Source: Owenia fusiformis (lineage: Eukaryota). From it: a stretch of 64,000 nt of DNA. Where the stretch lies: contig CAIIXF020000001.1 of the NCBI GenBank assembly GCA_903813345.2, forward strand, positions 48,236,001-48,300,000, written 5' to 3'. A model generated the notes under the pieces. The model was given only the letters and a program-made list of their open reading frames with translations, did not search any database and was not told the DNA's origin. Below are positions 1-10,600 of this stretch, piece by piece (position 1 is the stretch's first letter; each line of letters starts with the position of its first letter). The position numbers and the translations under genes were made by a program.

Positions 1-349
1 TTGGGAAGGATGGAATATACTTGATGTGGCTCCTTAACTTTGGTACCTTAAACAACCAACCCAAAAAGTCAGGGGATATCTGGTTAAAACTGTATAAATG
101 TTATATGTGCTGTATTGTATACTTTGAAGCAGTCAGAAGATTCCATATCTGTCATCACTGCGGGTCAGTGTGTTTTTACAAGTTTTGGATTAATTCATGA
201 TTTCAACGTATGCCATTTAAATGATATAACTGAAACATTCATCTTAGCCTTCTTTTGTTATTCAAGTTATAAGGCAAACATGTTGTTCAATAAATCTTGC
301 CATATGTGCATATGTAAAATAGACATCATGGATGCTCAATAAACCAGAT

Positions 350-619
350 TATCCTATGCCAAGTAGAGTTTTAGGGAGATAAGTTGGAAAGATATATCCC
401 GTATCCTGATTTTGAGGTTTCCATATCCAGAACCTCCATATCTCCCGCCATATCTCCCGCTTCTGTGCATATCTTCCCGCTTCGGTGCATGTCTTCCCGC
501 TTCCGGTAAGTAGTGGAAATGCAATAAAATGACTTTGCATATGAATGATTTGTTTATTTTTACACCTTGTACTATTGAAATGGTCATATGCCCCTGAAAA
601 CTCTACTTGGTATAGGATA
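350..619. mobile_element. MITE-like element with ~28-bp terminal inverted repeats
   Basis: atcctatgccaagtagagttttaggg at 351 is the near-perfect reverse complement of cccctgaaaactctacttggtataggat at 591-618; internal catatctcccg repeats; TA at both ends. Confidence 0.65.
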
Positions 620-3600
620 AAGCAGTTATGTACGGTCGGTTTGGATTTGGGGTTCCTCCCTCGTGAGATATGCACATCTACCTTCGGTCCCTACGGTCCC
701 TCAGGTAGATATGCATATCTCCCTCTGGATAAACCCCATATCCAAAACCTCCCAGTACATAACCCTTATGTATCAAGGTACCAAAGAGTTCCAACCATCT
801 TGGATCTATCCATGTACGAGTAGGGCTTTCAAGAGATATCAAGATGTTACAATACAATTGTTTTTGCAATACATTTAAGACTAAAATTTCTCCTGACTAA
901 TTGTAAATGGTATTTCATCAAATTAAAGTAGGGATGCTGGATATATGCTGTCAAAATAATAAACCAAATTAACAGTTTATGTGATGCACAAATCATTTTT
1001 TTGTTTTTGTTAGTGATATATTTATACAGTAGGCTGTTGCCTTTTAGAAATAATAAATCATTCCAGAACAAACAAAAGCCACATTGTCATTGTTCTTCTT
1101 ATGCTCCAGTTGGAAATAAAATAAGCTGCAACAGTGTAACATATCGAGTCCCATGATATTTTTTGAAGTACTCTGACCTCTAAATAAAGTATAGTATACT
1201 AACATGTATATTTCATAAATAAATTTATTTCACTTGTCTTTGGCCCTTAGACAGTTTGGTTTACTCAGCTGCAGCAGGTTTATGGCCACAAGAGCTACTA
1301 CAGAAAACTTTGAACTTGAATCACCATACCTGTGTTATAGAATAGTCCAACAATGACTTGGAGTCAGGCAATTTCAGATCCTTCAAAAAATGGTCAGAGA
1401 CCTACAAGCCTACAGAACTTGAAGAGCAAGGAATTACCCATTGCTTTGGATTGAAATGAAAATACAGTACTGTACTTAAACAGTACTGTAATTTATATCC
1501 TTTGCTAAATATTCATCTTTTCACCAATATGAAGAAAATTGAGTTTAAGGAAGTAATGGACTTCACCATAATCCTACCAAACATTCTTAATTGGGATAAT
1601 AAGGCATGTTTTCATATACACATAAAATATATGGATAGATTTTCGTGAGACTGTACTTATTTTCTCCTGTTTCTGAGGAGTGAGACATAATTTTATCTAA
1701 TACCTATATTTAATACAACAACAAAACTTAATGAATTAATTTTATAATTTTATTCCTGCATTCACTTAACTATACAGAGCACAGTCCTGAAATAATCTCA
1801 CAGCCTTCCTGTCATGTAATTGTAACTGGCACAGTATATGATGGCACAGGAAATCATACAATCAGTATGGAAAATATCTACATTATCCATACTCTTACAA
1901 TAATACACCTGTATATCTGTGCAAACAAAAAACTTAAATCTGAACTGAATACACATTCCATATTTAATAGAAAGTAGAAATAAAAGTGAGTGATTTACAA
2001 TATTTTGTATAAATGAGATAATATTGAACAAAGGAGACAATTTATTGTCTTATCACATACATTGAGATTGATATACTTATCAATATAATAATAATATACC
2101 ATGCTATATGAATGAGGGCAGGATTTGTGCATGGAAATCAAACATGAATAGTTTGTACAATTTGAGACTTTTCATCATTTGCATTCAAACTTACACTTCA
2201 TCATTTGAGACTATCATTGTCACCAGGCCATCACAGTTGCAATTCTTATATGCATTTAAAAGGTTTATTCGAAGAAGAATTAGTAGCATGTTTCATAAAA
2301 TGGGACATTTGTAATGGATAACGGGTAATTTGTTCTCTTAAATGTAAGAGCATATTGTAGAACCTCAGAACAGAAAGGTGATCAAAACACAGATTACCAA
2401 TTAGGTTATGGAGAAGAAACAGTTTGTAATATTACTCCTCTGCTTATGGATTTATAACAATAATGAATTACAATGCAAAGTCTAGCAAATCATTGAACAA
2501 TATTTACATTTATTTACAATTATTACTATTTCTGTCTATATGCACCACATTTTCATTTTTACATGTTTCCTTTACAATGTTGTATATAAAGTCAGGCTCA
2601 CACACGACAGCCATTCATATTATCAGATTATCTATAACAGCAGATCACAAACACAACCAATTTCATCTCACTTTATATCAGATTATATACACTAATTTAA
2701 AACTACATACTCCATCGATGCTTTTAAATCTGATTTGTGTACTGATTTTAACAAGTGCAGAATGAGTACCAGTTTCTTCAAGTTTGTTCCAAGATCTTCT
2801 GCCCTAAGTATCTACCAATGAATATGCAAAAGGTTAACTCAATGCTATAATAAATAATAACAAGTCAGCAGTTTATTTTTGATTGACTTGTCTGGTGTCT
2901 GAGTGTTCAATGTCAGAGATTCAAGAGCCATTAATGTAACTTCTCTGTACAACATAGCATGCTTCATTTCACAAACAAGGATTAAACGGAAATTATTAAC
3001 AAAGGGTTCATTAGCAGTACAGTGAACAACATCTCTCAGGTTGATTGTTAAATTATTTCCAATGTTTGCCTAATGAAACCATTGTTAATATGAGAAAAAA
3101 TACAAGGCAGTTTTGATTTTTTGAAATACAGTAAAACTTATGAACACCTCTGAAGTTAAACACCCCACAAGTGGAATAATTTTCAAAATCTGGAATGGCA
3201 TTAACTCAAGTAAAAATACCTCTCTGTAAGTGGAACACCTCTCAAGTGATACATTATTTTCAGATATCAAAGGTGTTCCACCAACACAGATTTTCTGAAA
3301 TGCTAATTCAAAGTGAAATCTTGCCGACACCAATTCCCTTTTATTGACTTGCTTGTTGCGCTTTAAATACTATTTACACAATTTACAATCAATGTACATA
3401 AATATCTCATCTAAAAATACACGTCCCTCACCACTAAAACAATTGGAATTCAGTTTAACTAATAAACTACAGCACATGTAGTTAATGTACATATAAAGCA
3501 ATATCTAGAAAACAAATTACAGGAATCTTCAGTAAATTAACTTAATATGCTGAACTTCATCTTAATCCAAATCATAAAACTCACAAATCTTCAGCTTTTA

Positions 3601-4314
3601 CTTTTTATCTTCTCAGATGGCACAAGTGGCAGCAAAAATACCTATAAAAAGACTTCAAACTAAATACTACTTTCACTAGCACAAACTTTAGTACACAATC
3701 CCATTTAATGTTGTCCATTGGCCATGACTAGATTGGCTTATGTATATTGTCCAACACCAAATGAATTGTAAACGTGTGCCATGTTAAACAAAAGATCAAA
3801 AATCTAAAGCCTAAATTAATGTTCACTGCACACTATTGCAAACTAAATATCTGAGAACAATCAAAATTAATTTAATGCTACAAGAATATAGGATGTTAAG
3901 CACCATTTTGTTGTCACGCTGCTGGCATACACCCCTGTTGGACAACACAACTACATTCACAACACAAGTCTGCTTGTAGACATGTGAGAAAGAACCCTTA
4001 ACTTGCTTCATATCAATATACAGATACAACTTGTATCTGATGAGGTGGTCACAATTCATAAGGTTCTCAACATATTAGGAAATATTGAACCTTAAACAAA
4101 CAAGTGTATCCAAATAAAGCAAGCATCATATCTTTTTCACACTTAACATCCAATAATAATCCACCTCCAAACTGTTTATCATTATGTACAACAGATGACA
4201 GAATGTTGGGATTTATGAATGTCAAGTGAGAAATTATTTTTCCTATTTCTTTTCTGTCACAAGGGTGCTAGATAGCCTATTACACTAATATAATTTTTTA
4301 GGTACATTTGTATT

Positions 4315-4680
4315 TTACAATGTCTTGAGTCTTTTCACCATAGGCCCATCACCACTAGCCGTAGTGCTAGAGACAGGCACCACCACAATGGTCTTAGTGC
4401 CCCCAGGATTATTCCCGCTAGAGGCCATCACTGTTACAGTGGTAGGGTGTCCTATAGATGTTCCAGGTGTTGATGAAAGTGTGGCATATGTCACTGTAGG
4501 CTTATGGCCCTGGATCTGGCTCACTGTTATAGGCTTATTGATGATGTTGCCAACATGAGCATGAGAGGTAGAACTTGTCTTGTTAATGGTGATCGTGTTT
4601 GAGTTTGCAATCAAACTGGTGGTCTTTGTTTCGCTGGTTTCCATGGTACCCATGTTGACAGCACTACCAATGTCAAAAAA
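4315..4680 (-). CDS. RFX1/2/3: RFX last coding exon (Ser/Thr-rich tail ending VKRLKTL*)
   Basis: ttgcag acceptor, phase 0, [11 protein letters not shown]...[12 protein letters not shown]. Confidence 0.85.
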   Translation of the reverse strand, partial: FFDIGSAVNMGTMETSETKTTSLIANSNTITINKTSSTSHAHVGNIINKPITVSQIQGHKPTVTYATLSSTPGTSIGHPTTVTVMASSGNNPGGTKTIVVVPVSSTTASGDGPMVKRLKTL

Positions 4681-7600
4681 CTGCAAAGACAAAATCACAA
4701 TATAAATTTCAAGATCAGATTATAGAAAGCTTATAGCTGGTTGTCAAATCAAAAACATGATTAAAATATAGTTTACAAGTTATATATGGGCATTTTACGT
4801 AATTTATCAAACAATGGGTTATACTGGACTCACATGGAGTAGATCAGAAAATAAATGAGGCAAACATTTGAGAGGCCACTTATCAAACAATTGAAGACTC
4901 ATATAGACACATTTTAAAAGTGCAACCAATTGAATTGTTAGAAGGAATACAAATGAACCACCAAGACCTAGTGTTTTTTACCAAGAGGTAGTAAAATAGT
5001 CACAATATACACCAGTATCACTTTTAAACAGTGTGGGAATCTTACCGATCTCACTTCTCCCATAACAGCTATGGGTGTGTCACCTGTGGCAGAGGCCACC
5101 TTGTGTTCAACCAGGTAGAACATGTACTCATCATACAGTAGACGAATCAAGTGGAACGAACCAAAACTAGCAGCACTTCTTAAAGTCAGATCTCTGATCA
5201 CCATTGAACTGCAAACAAAAGAAATGTCGGTAATGATGTCTTTTAACCACATCAACTGCAACAGTAATTGTTATAGTGTTCTTAATGTTTCATTTTACTT
5301 TACTTTTTTCAAGATCTAACATTCATGTTATTCCCTTCAATTGCTCAAAGAGGCATTAAGCATCAATAAAATATATACAACTAGTTTTATAATTCAATCA
5401 TTTTCACCTTTCTATAATATAGAAGATCCTCTTTATAAATTGAGAATATAGTAGCAATTTCCAATAAACCCTTATAGTACATCACCAAAGAAGCTACAAA
5501 ATATTGGCCAGATTCAAGATGTCATGAATCACAATGACACAGTTTTCATACGAGACCAAAATTTTCTTTCTCCCAGTGCTCTATTCCACCTACACTTACC
5601 TATAGAAGGACCATTTGAGCAGGAATTGTCTAGCAGCTTTGGGAAAGTTATCACTGCCTTCATGAGGCTTGAGGACTTTGTTAACCACACCCTCTAGCCA
5701 GCTGGCCCACTGCTCTAGCGAGTTCTGTTGCTGTAATGTCTTCTTGAAGTCCTGCTCTAGCTGGGTCACAGTGGCATCTTCACACTGGCAGACCCAAGAA
5801 GCTTGCTCCTGAAATAGGGATAGTGTATATTAATACATTGCTGAGAAGTCAATTTTGATGGATAACAGGCTCAATTCTGTTAATTTCAAAATCATTTAAT
5901 TCTTGTCTCTTACCTGTACATTGGCAAAGTCTACTCTGTTCAGATCTGTTAACATCTGATTGATCTGAGATGTGTTCTGTAGGACTGCTCGTGCTGCCTG
6001 AGCGAGATGATTCAACGATGTGTATCTACGTAAAGTCTGGGCAAAGGCTATGGCAGCGCCAGACTTGCATTTCACCATCTCATCAGGTACCCCTGTCATG
6101 GCACCCTTCAACCAGCCCTCTAAACTCTTAGCAAAGTTACGTATAGCTTGTGTGAGGGAACCTGTAAGCACAATAAGGCACATTAAAGAATATATCAATG
6201 TCAGTAACAAATAGGTTTTTCAGAACCCGAAGCATGAGCTTTCTCTATTAGGAAAAAACATAATCACTCAACTGAAATGTACAGCCACAATTAAGGATAA
6301 AATTCAAATTGATCATTTTTGTTTTTTGTTTGCTGATTACATTCTATGTTCTCATTACTAGAAATGAATCCACTAATAAGTATCCCATAATTTATAATTG
6401 TATGAACATACTTGGTATAGGCCTGAGCACATCAGGGATGAGGACTTCAACTAAGGCCTGGTAGAATGCATAGTCAGAGCGGCGGATATATTTCTGTACT
6501 GGCGCCATTCGACAAAGTGCATGCAGTTTCTCTTTGGGTAGCTGTCTCTCTGCCTCATCACTACAAGGCAATAACAATATTAATAATAATCATATACAAG
6601 TTCTATACAGTTCGACCATTTTTATCATTTGAGGATTTTTTGACTGTCCATTGAAAATCCAATGTCAACAAGATTCTAACATACATTTATATGTTGCCTT
6701 AACATGTAAAGTACCACCTTCCATTTGTTACAGATTCCAAACTCCTGCCACCATCCACAAAAAAAGTTGGAGACTATAACAATATGCCACCACTTGTGGC
6801 GAAGACATAAAAAGTGTACTTACTTTGGCTGGTCTGAGTTGCGCCAGAAGCCCTGCCAGAGAGCCTCAAATAGAGAGAACTGGAGATTCACAACCACATC
6901 TAGTAGAGCCTGGAATACAATCCATATTATCATTTACCAGAGCTTACAGCATATATACACAGTATATTTACATGTGGGTTCGGTATTGTACTGGTCAGAT
7001 TAATTAAAGATGGGTCAAGATTCTCTGTGCAATGGGTCAGCTTGCAATTGTCAACCATCGAGGAAAATGATGGCTAATTAATGAACTAAAACTGGTACCC
7101 AATTTAGTTACTGACACCAACTGCCAGAACTAAATATTCAACAGACTCCAGACACATCTGATCCTTAATAACGAAAAAGTATTTAAAATAAATAAAAATA
7201 GAGTGCTGTTCTTTCCCTTCAAGGCAACATACCTCACAATGCTCTTTATATAAAATTTCCATGATGCGCACATGGTCTTTAGTGATACCATCAGGCAATA
7301 TAGTGCCAGCCAGATCAATGTGTTTGAAGTTAGGTAAAGCAGTAGATGCATCCCCGAGGAACTGTTGATGTTGCTGTTGTTGTGTGGTAGCCTCACTCTG
7401 AGCAGGAGTGCCTTCACTTCCGTCAACCTCACCTTTCACCATTGAGTTCTTGAATCTTGAATAAGACATATAACATAAATGATCTCGTCTAAATGCTCTG
7501 AGGTGTAATCTAAGGTATGTCTATGAAATGTTAAAATTATGCAGAATCAGAATCAAAAATAAATATTATTTTACAAATGTTAGTGTTGTAGCTTAAATAA

Positions 7601-10600
7601 TCTGATTTAATTGTATGTTCAAGTATGGCCATCTAGAGCTTGGTTTGACCATTACATTAATATCATGAAAAAATATTAATTCACATTTACAAACATTTTA
7701 CATGCATATATATAACATGCAATTCATGCAGACTACATAAATAAAATATTCAAAAAGCACTTCTAATTTATGTACTCATTCCCATAAACTTTCTAGCAGT
7801 GGAGAAAAGTGAAAACAGTGCTTCTGTCACAAAACTTTCTAAATACAGGTGAATAGTACAATAGTACTGTATTCAAAGAATCATATGAAACACTGGTTTT
7901 CATATAGGTTGCAAAAGAATATAAAATGCTTTCACTTTTCTACACTTTACAAATCTAAAGCATTAACTGTAATATAACTACCAAATACCATGCAGTTTCC
8001 AATCACCAAGTCAATCCAAGCAAAATAAGCCCATGTCCAACTTCACTGGGGATCAAACAAAGACATTTGTCTTCGTTTCAACATGGCCAGACTTGTGGAA
8101 GCAGAATTTGTAACAATTTTTGTTTTCTTGATTCAATCACTGTTATCCTCCAACTTTCAACTAAATATTTGGCACATATGCAGTGCGTACATTCCAGTTT
8201 AGAACAATATGATTTCATCTCAGATATACATGTTTGGATATTTACAAATCAATTTCCTCACTTAAGAAATGCCGACAGTCTCACAGAGAAATGAAGTATT
8301 AAACGAAGACAGCAAATTTAAATAAATTAATCAACAATGAACTCCCTTGGTTCAACTTTCTAATTTAATAGTAAATTCACACAGAGCTAGGCAATGTGTG
8401 TCCGATTCCAGCCAATCCAAACATAGTATTCACATAATGAACAGTGTGTGAAATATCAATAACACATTTGTTGTGTACAGTTGCTAAGCGATTGAGATTG
8501 AAATTGAGTTTTCCAATACTTCGATCCTTGCAAAAAGTTTCATTGAAAATATGTTCTTTTAGTGATTTTGTATCTTTTAGGTGATTTTATAGAAAATATT
8601 TTGCAAATGTGTGAAAAGAATTTAAGCCCAAGACTCAATGCATTGTGGCTGCTTCATTCCACTCAAATGTTGTTTCCTAAACTTTGCAATCCCTGTGGAG
8701 TCATGCAAAGATACTTCGTGGTATGGTTCAGCACACAATTTGAGCCCAAGGCTTAAATTCTTAAATGTCCTGCTTTCTCTGTGACTACCTGTCTACCACC
8801 ACCAATCTGTTGCTTCAGGGCCAGCCATCTAATGGAGTCTGTTAGGAAAGATCTAAGCTAACAAGTTAAAGGAGAGAAGGAGGCCCCATCTATATTGCAG
8901 ATTTTCTCATGATTTCAATCAGTTTTCACAACTACAAAGGATAAATTGTTGATAATACAATAAATCATTGATTTATTTTTTATTTTTCATTTATTTTTTG
9001 TATTTGTTGTCTTTGTGAATTGAGAGAAATCATGAATAGAACTGCTAGCTGTGTATGGGGTGAAGAGAATGTGGGATACTCCATGCATGCAGATGCAAAC
9101 TGACCTTGTAAGTGGAGGCTGACGCTGGGCTATCGTCTCCTCATCTTTCAAATGGATCAGCGGAGAGTTGGGCTTGATCCGCAAGCCATAATAGTGATAC
9201 TTTGAATTGTTCCTGCAAGAGAGATTCATAGCTATGATGATGAGTCCACACACACAACCTACCTTCGCTGAGTTGTGATTGGCTGGTGTCTAATGGCCAT
9301 GTTTGTCTGCTCATCTGTGAATGCATTCAGTGAGGATGTGCCTTTGATGCGAATTCCGTAGTAGTGATACTTGCTATTTCCCCTACAAGAGATTAAATAA
9401 AGCATGCATGCCATTGTTTCTTTGAGATTTCAGTTTCCGTGCATCGGTAGTCAATTCAGCAAGTGATGTTAGAAGCCAACAGTTAGTCAAATCACACACA
9501 ACAGCAACTAACAATAAATCTGCAACAGGAAGTTAGTAAACAAGCACACTTGAAAAACTCTTCACAATAACTTGGTTCTTGCAGCGCTTGGTCTTGAATT
9601 TTTAAAAAACAGCACTACCAGTTGTCAAAATTTCTCATTAATTAAACAGTGTCGAATGTGAAGTGTTTTGCATGGGTGCATACAATACAAATGTTGAGAT
9701 AGAAAAATAACAGAAACATTTATCAACAATAAATATATGAATAGAATAATTTAACTCTTATATAATGTATGAACGCTGATAAGATGCCAAATGTGACAAT
9801 ATGGTCTTTTTCACAAATTTCTATCAGTTTGACTTCATGTTTCAATCATGAACAAGTTTTGAATACTGAACTCTCAGTATTTTTCAACACTATCTCATTT
9901 TGCAAATTTTGAGAAATCACAATTTTTTACTATTCTTTAGACCCTAGACTCCCAATCACCCCATGGCGCAAATAACGGTTAAATAATAAACAGTGATCAT
10001 GTCAACCCAATGTTATATTTCCAAGTGGATTTAATTGGCAAATTTCGCTCCAATTATTTTTCACTATTTTACCCCATCGCCAATCATACAAAATTTAATA
10101 ATCACACACGAAAAATACTGGCAGTACAGTAAGCAATTTACGACAAAAGCATTTGTCGTTGCTTTATCAAAATTTGTTCATGGTCATATTCTCTTCCCAA
10201 TACCTATATTCAGAGAATAAATATTCCATTGGCTTTACAATTAACTCACTGGTAAGCTCTCATTAACTTTACACTACAAATATTGTAATTGGTGAAAAGT
10301 GGTTGACTTTGACTGACATGATACACTCATATATGTAGATGATATATAGAGTTCACAATGTGAACACAAACATAAGGCAACAATACAACTGGACAAAGCT
10401 CTGTCTGGAGATGTCAACTACTTCTATGCAAAGAATTCAAAGATTTCTGGCTCAATTACAGGCACCCGCCCCCCACCAACACAGTCTTATTACAACAAAT
10501 CCATGACGCAAACTTTTTGACACAGGAGCTACTTTCCCAGGATTTATAAGCTTGAGGCCAGTAATGATAAATTAAGGAAGTTAAGTCTTTAATAGAATAG

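Noticed and set aside
6718..6773. Extra RFX cassette exon
   Set aside because: Its only open frame has phases incompatible with the flanking exons
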